64,000 nt of DNA from positions 1 to 64,000 of the forward strand of contig JAKMXF010000309.1 of NCBI GenBank assembly GCA_024704765.1. The letters run 5' to 3'. Every line of letters starts with the position of its first letter. The stretch's first letter is position 1. Source of the DNA: Oopsacas minuta (lineage: Eukaryota > Animalia > Porifera). The position numbers and the translations under genes are program-made. This document shows, piece by piece, positions 1 to 12,172 of this stretch. The notes below the pieces were generated by a model that saw only the letters and a list, made by a program, of their open reading frames with translations, had not been told where the DNA came from and ran no database searches.

Positions 1-414
1 TTTTTTTACTGCATCTGCTCCAATCATTATGCGCACAATGTCTTTCGTGCAGGGCAAAACTAGCTCTTCACCAATAGTATGGGGTTTCTTAGATTTAGAA
101 ATACGTAGTGACACAACATATGATGCTTCAACTGCGGCTCTTATAGTGATAGCTGTCTGTCCTGTCGTATCAAGTCTAGATTTCTTGACAGATTGAGATT
201 GTCTTTGGAAGAAAGAAACATCTCGGTCATTATATGTTGGATGTTCTTTCTCAAAATGTCTTTTAAGCTGAAACGGCTTCATAGACTCTGCAGATAATAC
301 TTTCAGACATATCACGCATTGTGGTTTTTCAATACCTTCAATTACTATACTTGTAATTCCAAATTTCAGATAATCATCTGAGTACGCACGCTTCGGAGCA
401 CGTTTAGTTGCCAT
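1..414 (-). CDS. hAT (Buster/Charlie, ZBED5/ZBED8-like) transposase, N-terminal 138 codons, runs off the window start
   Basis: Reverse strand from ATG at 414 reads MATKRAPKRAYSDDYLKFGITS...KPQCVICLKVLSAESMKPFQLKRHFEKEHP...ASYVVSLRISKSKKPHTIGEELVLPC, open to base 1. This is a BED-type zinc finger plus the KPHTIGEELV motif typical of Buster-family transposases. Absent from the ORF track because its stop lies outside the window. Confidence 0.9.
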   Translation of the reverse strand, partial: MATKRAPKRAYSDDYLKFGITSIVIEGIEKPQCVICLKVLSAESMKPFQLKRHFEKEHPTYNDRDVSFFQRQSQSVKKSRLDTTGQTAITIRAAVEASYVVSLRISKSKKPHTIGEELVLPCTKDIVRIMIGADAVKK

Positions 415-759
415 TTAAGTAAAAATACGATTAGAAGGACTTGTTAAAGTTGAAATGCCTAGAAATGTCTTTAAATAATTCTTTGTTGTACATACAAGCC
501 TGGACTTCATAGGTTATTTAATAAAATATTACACTTCAATATTGGAATACATACAATTCGTGACATGTCACGAATTGTATGTATTCCTTCAAGATTATAT
601 TTCTTCTATGTTATTTCATAATCAATACAATGATGTCATATAATGACAATAGGGTTTCTAATTACGCAATGCGACACTAACCACAAATTAATAGTAATAG
701 AATCACTGAAATTCAGTAAAAATTCCTACCTTCCACGACCCACTGGTTGAAAACCCCTG
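1..759 (-). mobile_element. Left end of a Buster-type hAT DNA transposon
   Basis: Minus-strand terminus CAGGGGTTTTCAACC at 745-759, followed on + by GTTTAGAT (760-767), which fits the nnnTAnnn 8-bp Buster target pattern. The other end is outside the window. Confidence 0.75.
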
Positions 760-1159
760 GTTTAGATTGATTGCTTATGAATTGTTTTGTTTTGGAATAA
801 TTTGTTTGCTCTTCTCCTATATTATTATTGAATATGAGTGTACTTTTCCTTTATAGTTTAGGGGTTCGAATGAACTGGGCTCTCGCTTATTAGTTCTATA
901 TTATCTTTCAATCCCATTTATTTAACATTGAAATTGACTTGAAATCTCAGCTACACAATTTTACTGGTTGTTACTTGATACCATGAACTATCTGTATTCT
1001 CTATGTTGCGGTCTCAATCCCTGGATTGATTGATTACTTTACTGAGGCTTGACTAATCTTGCTAATATGTTTAATAATATAACTGTTTATTGATTTATAA
1101 CACCTGTGTACATAATACATAGAGTATAAGAAGGTAGTATAGTAAATAATAATATTTTA

Positions 1160-2560
1160 ATTATTATTTTTCTGATTATTCCTGATAAAACTAAGTGTAT
1201 CTCTACTTGTATTGTTAAGTTTTGTCCGTAGTTTGTTGCAGAGGTATGCAGCTGAAGAAAACACTCGTTCAGACTCCACAGAAGTGGATGGATTAATATA
1301 CAAGATTTGGTATATATCCTTTAATAAGGTTCCTCTTTTCCCTGTCCGCTCTGCAAGAGGTAATTCTTATTTTACAGAATTTGATAGCTAATATTTGCAT
1401 TGAGGTATTTCATGCAGTTTTCTAAGAGATGCATCAATGGCTACTTGAAGTTGAGTTTCTTTGTGATTGAAATTTTTTATGATTCAAAACCTTCCGAAAG
1501 ATTACCTGTAACTTTCGTAGGTTCAATTTGGTCCTACTTAGTTTCTTCTTCTCCTCGATATCCACCCATTCTTGATAATACCTCAGGACAAACTACTCCA
1601 TTTCTCTCAAGTTTGGCTTGAGGATTATGTAGATACTGAATTATAACCGAAGCATCAGTATAGCGCTCTTGAATAAAACACTGATTAATTGCTTACAAGA
1701 CACGAGTACTATAATATGATTGGAGATATATTGAGCTCTTCTAATTTTATTGTTTATTGTCGCTTCTGCTGTTTGTTATCAGATTAGAATCTTGTCTACA
1801 CAGAACCTCCACAGCTATCTCGATTGGACTTAGGGTTTAGTAAGACATTCAGTCTTGATGAATTCTAAATCACTGCGGTTGATTTGCACACCAAGATCTA
1901 AGAGAGCTTTTTGCACTGGTAATTTGATTTTAATTATTCTCTCATGCAGGTCTAACAGCGTACTCTTATGTGTCTTGCAATCGAGTATCAAGTTTAACCC
2001 ATTAGGGTAAATTTCTTTGACATATTTTTGTGAAGTTTCATTTTATAGAGGAGAACGCTTGAAAGTTTCAGAATTTGACGTACTCTGGACACTATGTCAC
2101 TGATATCATAGCTTCATTCGATTCTGGTATCTTGTTCTGTTCCAATTTGTACAGTCTATCTACCATCTCACTCATCATCCGAAATGTTCTCATCTTCATC
2201 GGTGCCAGTTACATAAAGAATTCTGTTTCATTATAGGTTGAATACGATAGAATACTTCTTGAATAACAAGTTGTAGTCTGTGAGTGTTGCTTAATTGTTG
2301 GAATGGTGAGACTAGTCGGCCAAGTTTTTTCATCATAGCACAACCATCTGTTGTGATTGCTACTATATCATTTCAAAATCTTGCCAAATTCATTTAACTT
2401 TTCAGATATTACATTTGAGTACATTTCTGTTGAAAACACATCCCCTTATTCTAATTAAACCAAAATTCAAAATCATCCTTTGCCATAGATATTTATATTT
2501 AAATATCTCCTGTTTTACAAAGAGGACCTCTCGTCCAAGATCAGACTAACTTTTGATTCA
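1160..2560 (-). pseudogene. Degenerate hAT transposase (DDE core plus dimerisation domain), multiple stops and frameshifts
   Basis: Minus-strand fragments in order: SLILDERSSL*NRRYLNINIY, DIVAITTDGCAMMKKLG..QQL..HRLQLVIQEVFY, LILDCKT..LLDLHERIIKIKLPVQKALLDLG, QYLHNP, PSTSVESERVFSSAAYLCNKLRTKL. These match the hAT catalytic D, D, E and the hATC motif. Confidence 0.85.
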
Positions 2561-3255
2561 TTAGATTTATGATATGCTAAATTTATGCAAATTTTCTCGC
2601 ACAATTGTTTGTCATATTGCATTACTAACTCTCTTATCTCAGTTACAGTTTTCGGGAGAGATTTTTGTAAATCTTGTGACGTTATATAATCTCAGAAGCA
2701 GTCATTCTAGCGAGCACTGAGGCAAGACTTCAATCAGTCATAAAATAGTCTAATGTATTAACTGTATTCGGTTTCGGTTTGGTTGTATTGTTTAATACAT
2801 CGCTCTTTCGTTGTAATATGATTTGTTTTAAAACTATGAATTTGAACATTCTATTCTATAAACATAACAATACAACACCGATTCTATTACTAATTACAAA
2901 ACTAAGATTATTCACTTTGCTCACTGACTCAGGTCCCATTGCCTATTGCACCATGTATATATTACCTCAATAATACAGACTGTTGGTTATCCAAATGTTT
3001 TGCTTGGTCCTATGGAGTACGGATAATTGAGGTTGAAGTAATAAGTACGTGCATTATTGTTTAAACGGTTACACTGTAGTATAGAGAGAAAGATCTGTTC
3101 AATTTAAGTATTTATTGCGGTTCGTTTAGCTTCCATAAAACGGGTTTTGACTCACCCAATAATGTTACAAGAGGAATTATATTAATATATGCAGATATGG
3201 ATTTTCCTGGCAATTACGTACATAAAATTTTACAATTAAAACCCTTTACCAAGTA

Positions 3256-3383
3256 CAGCCGAAATGTTACATTCGTAATTGAAAGGAATACTAAATTTTA
3301 CCACTCATTATTAAGCAATCCTCACAACAAAAACGAGATTTTAGCACATTTTTGACGTAATAAAATCACACATTTCCAGGCCG
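3256..3383. mobile_element. ~130-bp TA-flanked MITE-like repeat in the A-type promoter (copies 9924-10050, 26871-26975, 51956-52084)
   Basis: TA|CGGCCG...CGGCCG|TA termini, best preserved in the 9924 copy. Shared core GGAACACTAAAATTT..AAAACGAGATTTTAGCACC. A dispersed copy at ~52 kb lies away from any NHL gene. Confidence 0.6.
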
Positions 3384-3501
3384 TATTTGGTTAGTATATT
3401 TTGGTTATTTGCATTTCTCTCTGATTTGTCTAGTTTGTGTAATTTGATTCCTTGTATGATCTTATATATATTTGAATAATATGAATTGTATAGCAATAAT
3501 A

Positions 3502-4731
3502 ATGGCTACAGCTAATCCTATATTACCACAACCTGGAGAAGATAACTACGAGTTAGAAGTAAATCGAGTGAGAGAGAAGATTAAAAGTACATTCTTAGAG
3601 TTAATCGACTGTCTAAAGGAAAGAGAGAGTAAATTATTGAGAGAGTTAGATACAATTGTGGATTGTTATCGCTCTTATAAATGTGAATTGACAAAGCTGA
3701 ATGAAAAGAAGATTGCTCTACAAAAATCCAAAGGTTTACTACAACATGAGATACTTACTTCTCCTATAAAATGTGTTCACGAAGAATTCATTGCTCGATT
3801 AGACACAGAACTTGAATCAATTGAGTTTCCTAAACAACCTAGAATGGTTAGTTTCACTTGTGAAAACAACAAATTGTTAGATGAAGTAAATAAGTTGGGG
3901 AAGTTAGTGAGAAGCGGAATCGATTATACAAACAAGAAACAACCTCTAATGAGTGTTTGTACCATAGGAAGCGGAAATGAACAACCACGCGATCCATGTG
4001 ATGTTACTGTAGATAACAGAACAGAAAATATTTATATAGCAGATACATGCAATAACTGTATTAAAGTATTTGACAGTAATGCCAAGTATTTATTCAAATT
4101 CGGAGATAGCAACGGTGAAGGAGCGATGACACTGCCAAAATGTTTATCTATTTATGGAAATAGAGTTCTTATCTCTCAAGGCCACTGTATCCTGAATTAT
4201 ACACTGGATGGAAAGTTCATTTCCAAATTTGGTAAACAGGGAAATGGAGAACTTCAATTTGACTATCCTCGGGGTCTAACAATTGATGATTCAACTGAAG
4301 ATATTTATATCTGTGACCGTAATAACAATCGTGTACAAATACTTACCAAAGACTTGTGTTACAAAAATGAATTCGGTACAAATACACTCAAACATCCTCT
4401 AAATGTAAAACTATCTAAAGAATACATTTATGTGTTAGATGAATCAAATCCTTGTATCCATCTTTTCGATCATAATCTCATACTCCAGAAGAATATCATT
4501 TCTCTTGGAAAAGGAAATCAAGTCATTGCTCCAAGATCTTTCTTTATTGACTATTCTGATTTCATTCTGATTGCAGATACTTCTTCTAACGCTATTTCTA
4601 TATTCAACCCTGAATTCAAGTTAGTTCATAAGATTCCTGTGTCTCGCAATCCATTAGCAGTTACAGTAGACAATCAGAATAGAGTTATAGTAGTGTGTTG
4701 TAATGATAAAAACTGTCTACAGATATTTTGA
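3502..4731 (+). CDS. A-type NHL-repeat protein A1 (coiled coil + six-bladed NHL propeller; TRIM-NHL-like without RING/B-box), 409 aa
   Basis: Intact intronless ORF. Likely start MATANPIL at 3502 (track extends to TTG 3472). Six NHL blades, e.g. FDYPRGLTID..IYICDRNNNRVQIL, ending CLQIF*. Confidence 0.9.
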   Translation: MATANPILPQPGEDNYELEVNRVREKIKSTFLELIDCLKERESKLLRELDTIVDCYRSYKCELTKLNEKKIALQKSKGLLQHEILTSPIKCVHEEFIARLDTELESIEFPKQPRMVSFTCENNKLLDEVNKLGKLVRSGIDYTNKKQPLMSVCTIGSGNEQPRDPCDVTVDNRTENIYIADTCNNCIKVFDSNAKYLFKFGDSNGEGAMTLPKCLSIYGNRVLISQGHCILNYTLDGKFISKFGKQGNGELQFDYPRGLTIDDSTEDIYICDRNNNRVQILTKDLCYKNEFGTNTLKHPLNVKLSKEYIYVLDESNPCIHLFDHNLILQKNIISLGKGNQVIAPRSFFIDYSDFILIADTSSNAISIFNPEFKLVHKIPVSRNPLAVTVDNQNRVIVVCCNDKNCLQIF

Positions 4732-7699
4732 TATCTAATCTCTATCAATACAGATGATAGTATCTTTGTGTGAATTTGTGTGTTTACTTATAATCTCATT
4801 GACTTTCCCATTTATTCATTCTTTGTTTGTTATCCATGTATCTCGTACAATTATGCTAATATTTATATTATTTATTTTGTAATATTCTTCTTTATTTACT
4901 CTATTCAGCTCCATAATTTGCCTCTTAAGTAGTATGACTGGCGCCTCTTAATGTCCTAGGATTTCTAAGCAATTGATAGTTTGATTTTGCAGCTTTAATC
5001 CCCAATTATTGTAGTTACAGCATAATCCGAACCGATAACAATCAAATAGAATTCTCATTTTGGAGTTTAATTGTATACAAGCCTTTATTAGCAGTATACA
5101 GTTTGTAAAGTTATAGCGCCTATAATAATCTATTCTCAATACACTGACAGCCATTATAGCTAGAGACATAGGGAGATCGCTAATTTCCATTTTTGGAGGG
5201 GTCCATTGAGTTATAACTGATCCTCATCTGAGATCTATGATCACTGTTAAACATTATAACTTTGATATTCTTTTTCCTTTTAATAATCGGAACAAACAAA
5301 AGCAAAAAATGCACTAAGATCAATCTAAGCTATATACTAAAGTATAGTCAAGAGGCGATACAGTAAAAACTGACTGAATCTCTACTGAGCGTACCCCATT
5401 TCTTAACAGAGGTCTTAAGTTCTGGCTTCAGCCTATTACAACTGGTCTTAATTCCAACTGTCCAAATGGCTTGGGCCCTTTCGGAATTTGCCCCATGCAA
5501 GGACCTAGGAGCAGTTAAACGTCAAATAACAATTTATAATCTCTTCCTTCTACACGCTAGGTCTCAGCATGTCTTACTATAGTAAATATTCAATAAAGTT
5601 ATCCTGGAATGAAAAGTCTTCCCGTATAATTGATGAAAAACAAACATTTTGAATATTATTGAGCAAAAATACACACTAAATTTCGGACAGAGAATCTTGA
5701 AATACATTATAGGTACTATCAGCCAATTTTGATTTATTGTACCATCCAGCTGGGGCCTTGTGGCTCGTGTAGTAGTTAGGTCCGGATTTCGAAGATTCAA
5801 GTTTCCCATATGTAGATTTAATTTATTGTTTTAAGAATATTTAGTAAACAAATACAGTTAGCGATAATGTTAGAACCAGAATATTCTGCCAAAATTATCA
5901 CTACCTTGGAGTCTCAGAATAACAGACACGTTTGGGACACGGCTTCTGTCGGTTGTAGAGACTTGTTCCCTCCTCGTAGACTACTTAAGTATTAATTATA
6001 TGCTTGGTAAATTCAATCCGTGCCACGAGGTTTGTCCGTTGCATTGGGTTGTCTGATTTTCGTATTGTCCGTTTTTGGGAGACTCCAGTGTATATTTACG
6101 CTCAAATAGGATAAGCATATTTGCAACCATTTTAGGCCCAAAATTTTTCGGACAAATATAGGTGCGAGCATTCTCGCAGTGTCTCAGTGCTTCCGCCGCC
6201 TTGGGTTTAAACAGGACCAACTAGGCCGGCGGCACAGACGCTGTGAACGTTGGATTTTCAATGGTTTCATGCTGAATGAACTGAACGACCGCTGGCTGTG
6301 TGTTAACTTTAGAACGTGAACTTGCATCAATTTGTCATGAACTGAATTGGATTTATTCCATCCGTTCGTGAACATTTCATTCCCTGATACCTCGCAACTG
6401 GTTTCACTGTAGTATTCAATATATATGTTTTATCAATAGGAGTAAGTTTGATTAAAAGTACTTGAAAGTGTGTTATAATAACTGCAAGTACCTTATTACT
6501 TCGAATAATAGCCGGGGCGATTATTAATTTCAATCGTTCCACTGTATTATTCGTCTATAAAGGGCCTGATTAAGATGGTTGTTTGCCCCAGACATGTTTT
6601 GTTTTTTTGGAAGCAAAATTATTTGCTACGTGCTATAAGTCCATTATTTATTATATAATGCATTTTAACAACAAATCAGGTGGCAGGATAATTAAAAGGC
6701 AATTACCAGCGCTGATAAATGGAGACTTTAGCTCAAATCATAGCCCATGAACCAGAGCCTTAAATTTGCTCACCGCTACCATATCTGGGAATAATGCTAA
6801 TAGTAATTGTTTGCAAGGAATACATCTTTGACATAGAAATGCCTGGTACAATCGGTGGTAACTTTCGTTTGTTATCACTCCAAAGGCCGACTATCCAAAC
6901 AAGAGGGAAAATTTTCTTGCAACCAAGTGTTAACCATTATTCATTTTGATAATGATTATCAGCATTAATAAATATTTCTCCATTTTGGGCCAGAATCAGT
7001 AAAATTCAATTCAACATTCATAGTTTACTCCGAATCGATTTTCTATGCAGATATTCGTGAAATTTCCTTTCATTATCATGTGACTCATATGACCATGTTT
7101 GGAATATTTTTCCTCGACAACTCAGGAATGTGACACATTCCATTCTCTAAAGTGCACAGTGGGTTATTTTGGGTATAACTTCAACAATTTTTATTATTTT
7201 CCGCTGAATTTTTGGCTACTGGGGTTTTATCTAAGGACCATATTTTGTCATGTCAGATTTTGAGAATGAGTTAGCATTTTAAAATTATGACGTCATATAT
7301 AATTTGCAAAAAAAAATATTCAAATTTATTTTGTTTCTTATAATTCTTGACTATATAGGATATTCATAAGAGTATATTGTTTCAATAATGAATACTGTAA
7401 CTAGGCAACGTATTGTGTATTCAAGAAACGTATCCCAATCTTGTATAAAGCATTATATTGTGATTCGGATATGTTGTATAGGAATGTGTATATTATGTCA
7501 ACTACAAGATACATATATATTTATACCTAAATTAGGGTATATCAAATTATTTCACATAAATTATAGTCATACAAAGCTGTAAAGTTTAACTTACACTCCC
7601 TGAACTAACTAAATGAAATATTTCTGGATACTAAACAGGGTTTCTGTACTAACATCCAGGCACCGCTTGCTTCAGACTCACGTGCCCTCCACTCCAAGT

Positions 7700-8470
7700 C
7701 TGTCTTATCATACGCTCCCTCTGATCATGCCTATATTATTGGTAATTTCGATTCCCTCGCCCTAAAGTACTGGTATCCCAACGAAATCTTAGAGCTATGA
7801 ATATCGTCTCTTTTGCTGAAAGCCTCCAACTTTCTGATTTCGGCTCAGAAAAACATACCTTAGATGAACTGGTATAGATATTATAACGCTAACATACTCT
7901 CGGCACTTGACGAGCATGCCCCTGTATCATGCTGAACCTTGACTAACCGTCCATCGTGCAGTTGTACACTTGCGATCTCTGCGAGATAAAACGAGAATTA
8001 CGAAGACTTGAGAGGAAGTTCATAAAGTCCAGATCTACACATGACCTTGGTGTTTTTAAGGAGAACTATCACTCTTATAAGTGTCTCCTTGATTTTATAG
8101 AGACTGAGTATGATAAGGAGATATTCGGTAGCTGTGACGATAGAAAGTTATTCCATCTTGTACAAAGATTGTCTGTCCAAAGCAAAAAGAACTTCCTTCC
8201 GGATTCCTTCTCTAACTACTCCTTAGCTTGTAAATTCTCTCACTATTTCAGAGATAAATTGACAAACTACAGGACCTGTGTGATTGCTCAAATTTACCTT
8301 ACTCTCTCTTTACATTCCTCCTGTTTCCTGTCTTATGAGCTTCCACGATTTTATCTACTTGAACCCGCCAGAAATTGATATCCTACTCAATATATCTAAA
8401 ACGAAACACTAGTTTAGATCCCATCCCGACCGCGATCCTTAAACAATGTATTCCTTATCTAAGTGTGCAT
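7700..8470 (+). mobile_element. CR1/L2-type LINE ORF2 fragment (APE-RT linker), degenerate
   Basis: SDHAYI..RNLRAMN..LDEHAP..TNRP..KRELRRLERKF..KLFHLVQRL..LP..LACKFSHYFRDKL, then SLDPIPTAILKQCIPYL, the conserved lead-in to the RT domain. Includes track ORF 7956-8378. Confidence 0.8.
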
Positions 8471-8499
8471 ACAGCGCGCCAGTATTCACATTCAGATTC

Positions 8500-9160
8500 A
8501 TACTCTTGAATTACTCTTTTCTACATCCGTTCACTACGTGTTTGCGAGCAGTTATACCTATAATCGAGGCATGGTAGCTTTGGCCGTTCTCATGAGTAGC
8601 TATCTTTTCAGTTACTAAAACCGGTAACAAATGTGCTATGATTATGATCTTGATGATCGAACAACTTGCAAGAAAACCAAAATAATATTTTGTCGACATT
8701 GAATAACACAGCCAAGAGCTTTGAATTTTAGTCCCGGTAAGTTTGTAAACACGAGTAAAATTTGAGGACGAACAGCTGCGTCTAAAACCCTCCCTTCCAA
8801 AACTGCACTGCTCGGATTGATTAGCATCTGCTATTTAGCAGTGGGAGCTGCCCCTTTCGGCCCAGTTTCAATCATTGGTTCGTCTATCTTCTCCCATAAA
8901 CCAATATCATTGATGTACTCATTTAAAATCTGTGCAAAATTCAGCCTCCGCGACTGGAGAGCTAGCGCTGAAGTGTTCAGGGAAAAGTTCCTCTGTAAAG
9001 TCTGTATGCATGAACTCACTAATATCACTTTGTTCATGTGACTGAGATTGAGATTCACCTCGAGCGCTAGATTGAGAAAGTGCGAATATCTTGTCAAACA
9101 AAGGCATCTTGGAAGAGCATCGTGGCATCAGATGCTTTTTTAGCAGCATCCACTTTGCAA
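8500..9160 (-). pseudogene. Degenerate hAT transposase N-terminus (ZMYM1-like/TTF-type zinc-finger region)
   Basis: Broken minus-strand frames give NDIGLW, W.ERGSSHC and SSWLCYSMSTKYY, resembling the DxGxW ... WLxYS ... CxxC pattern of TTF-finger hAT transposases. Confidence 0.5.
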
Positions 9161-9289
9161 GTTGAGCTTATAGTATTGTAATGTGTTAACATTTAAGGGA
9201 GATAATTTGGGCCAAAAGCACTAAAATTTGGACCAATGGTCCCCTGGACTAAATATCTAGGGGGTACCATTTAGCCCAGAACACTGTGA

Positions 9290-9518
9290 TTCAAATTTCA
9301 ACCATCTATCATTTATATTAGGCTAATAATGTAATTTTAGAAATTCCTAAATTGTCACAATGACGTTATAATTTCGTCATAGATGTGAATTTTCTTCCGA
9401 AACTCAAACTTGTCCGACCCAGACGCAAAATCCCCATGTGTGCCTATAATCAGCCCTGGGATCCTGCAGTTTCTTCAATCAATTGTGAACATACGAATAT
9501 ATATATACAGATTAATAG
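9290..9518. repeat. Dispersed repeat family (copies ~44060-44295 and ~62060-62155)
   Basis: Shared TGTGATTCAAATTTCAACCA...ACTCAAACTTGTCCGA(C/G)CCAG...AATCAGCC(C/T)TGGG(A/G)TC(C/T)T(G/C)CAGTTT(C/A)TTCAATCAATT. Confidence 0.7.
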
Positions 9519-10168
9519 TAGTATAGAGGGAAACATCTGTTCAATTTATGTATTTAATTATTGCGGTTCGTTTAGTTTCCTTTAAACTGGTTTTGACTCT
9601 ACCCAATATTGTTATAAGAGGAATTATATTAACTGAATGTTATTATGAATAATGATGATATCATAATAATATCCTTTTAGTAAGCAAATCATATAAGTAG
9701 TGAGTATGAAATTTGTTAATCAGTTTTACTTTACTTCCATAATTATAGTATTTATAGTATAACCTCGATATTCATAACATTTTTGCCACTCTTCGAATTG
9801 ACAAAGTTCGAATATGAGAGTGTCTACTGTACTTGAATATGGATTATCCTCACAAATACGTACATCAAATTTGCTGGCAATTATATACAAAATCAAGTTC
9901 ACAATTAAACCCTTAACCAATTACGGCCGAATGTTACATTAATAATGAAGAGGAACACTAAAATTTTCCGCTCCTTATTCACCGAAACTCGCACCAAAAA
10001 CGATGTTTTAGCACCTTTTTCCCGTCCTAAACTCACACATTTCCCGGCCGTATTAGGTTAATATATTTTGGTTAGTTGCATTTCTCTCTGATTTGTCTAG
10101 TTTGTGTCATTTGATTCCTTGTATAATCTTATATATATTTGAATAATATGAATTGTATAGCAATAATA

Positions 10169-11397
10169 ATGGCTACAGCTAATCCTATATTACCACAACC
10201 TGGAGAAGATAACTACGAGTTAGAAGTAAATCGATTGAGAGAGAAGATTAAAAGTACATTCTTAGAGTTAATCGACTGTCTAAAGGAAAGAGAGAGTAAA
10301 TTGTTGAGAGAGTTAGATACAATTGTAGATTGTTATCGCTCTTATAAAAGTGAATTGACAAAGCTGAATGAAAGGAAGATTGCTCTACAAAAACCAAAAG
10401 TTTCCATCAAAATGAGATTCTCACTTCTCCTATAAAATGTGTTCACGAAGAATTCATTACTCGATTAGACACAGAACTTGAATCAATTGAGTTTCCTAAA
10501 CACCTAGAATGGTTAGTTTCACTTGTGAAAACAACAAATTGTTAGATGAAGTAAATAAGTTGGGGAAGTTGGTGAGAAGCGGAATCGATTATACAAACAA
10601 GAAACAACCTCTAATGAGTGTTTGTACCATAAGAAGCGGAAATGAACAACCACGCGATCCATGTGATGTTACTGTGGATAACAAAACAGAAAATATTTAT
10701 ATAGCAGATACATGCAATAACTGTATTAAAGTATTTGACAGTAATGCCAAGTATTTATTCAAATTCGGAGATAGCAACAGTGAAGGAGCGATGACACTGC
10801 CAAAATGTTTATCTATTTATGGAAATAGAGTTCTTATCTCTCAAGGCCACTGTATCCTGAATTATACACTGGATGGAAAGTTCATTTCCAAATTTGGTAA
10901 ACAGGGAAATGGAGAACTTGAATTTGACTATCCTCGGGGTCTAACAATTGATGATTCAACTGAAGATATTTATATCTGTGACAGTTGTAACAATCGTGTA
11001 CAAATACTTACCAAAGACTTGTGTTACAAAACTCAATTCGGTATAAATACACTCGAAGCGCCTCTAGATATAAAGCTCTCTAAAGAATACATTTATGTGT
11101 TAGATGAATTAAATCCTTGTATCCATCTCTTCAATCGTAACCTCATACTCCAGAAGAGTATTATTTCTCGAGGAATAGAAAATCAAGTCATTACTCCAAG
11201 ATCTTTATTTATTGACAATTCTGACTTCATTCTGATTGCAGATACTTCTTCTAACACTATTTCCATATTCAACCCTGAATTCAAGTTAGTTCAACAAGAT
11301 TCCTGTGTCTAGCAATCCAAGAGCAGTTGCAGTAGACAATCAGAATAGAGTTATAGTTGTGTGTTTTCGTGATAAGAACTGTCTACAGATATTTTGA
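10169..11397 (+). pseudogene. A-type NHL gene A2, three single-base indels
   Basis: Aligned to A1/A3: -1 at ~10393 (aaaaatcc>aaaaacc), -1 at ~10502 (caacc>cacc), +1 at ~11293 (ttcacaag>ttcaacaag). The homologous stop is at 11395-11397. Explains split track ORFs 10139-10435 and 10509-11312. Confidence 0.85.
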
Positions 11398-12172
11398 TAT
11401 CTAATCTCTATCAATACAGATGATAGTATCTATTTGTGAATTTGTGTGTTTACTGTGTATTTTTTCTAACTTTCCCATTTATTGTTTCTACATTCTTCTA
11501 TTACAATTGTCTATTCAGATCCCTTGTATTATTCTACAATTACCAGTATTCTTTTTGTGAAATTATTGCTATATTTTGATTGATAATAACAATAACACAC
11601 CCTCTAGTACTTGTGTAGTATTTATATTTATATTCTATACATAATAAATGCTTACCAAACTCTTTTACTAATTTGACTGTATTTTATTGTATGTATATTT
11701 ATTCATTTTATCATGGTTATGGCTTAATTGACTCTTCAGGGGTCTCAGAGATTCTAAGGATGTGCTAATGGTAAACTAAATACACTTATACACTATATAC
11801 ACTCAAAACCATTTTCCATATTTGTTGAACATTATTTGAGGAAGATTGAGATTATACTAATTCACTTACACATTCCAAATCGCGTAATCTCACATACAAA
11901 TATACACAACACTATTTGGTTTGGTATATTCCGCGAATGATATCCATTTTAAAGATGTACATTCGATTTTTCTCGATAATCTGAGCCTGTGGCTGTGGAA
12001 ATGGAACTTCTGCAAACGGAGTGGAAGTAATAGAACGAATACACAGCCCATACAAATGTACTTCCATAAGGTGGAAACGTAATAGCATTTTTCGGCGTCC
12101 ATCTCACCCCGTTTGTTGAAGCTTTACTGAGGTTACAAATCGCATTTTGCGTGAATTTCCATTGCTAATATA

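Noticed and set aside
1400-1621. Short track ORFs overlapping transposases or NHL genes in other frames or strands (also 13044, 13141, 17889, 18034, 18107, 19182, 19394, 19586, 23415, 23566, 24293)
   Set aside because: They are shadows of the real coding frame with no independent homology.
5850-6545. Possible decayed Tc1/pogo-like element (TACAGTGGAAC end at ~6543, GC-richer interior)
   Set aside because: No matching second TIR was found and no convincing transposase motif appears in any frame.
7154-9288. Transib-like CACAGTG termini at 7154 (+) and 9288 (-) as one element or RSS-like signals
   Set aside because: Subterminal sequences differ, flanks (AAGTG vs ATTCA) give no 5-bp TSD, and there is no nonamer.
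11880-12170. P-element/THAP9-like fragment (GVRW motif) cut by the DD37E element
   Set aside because: Only one short motif; not enough to support a call.
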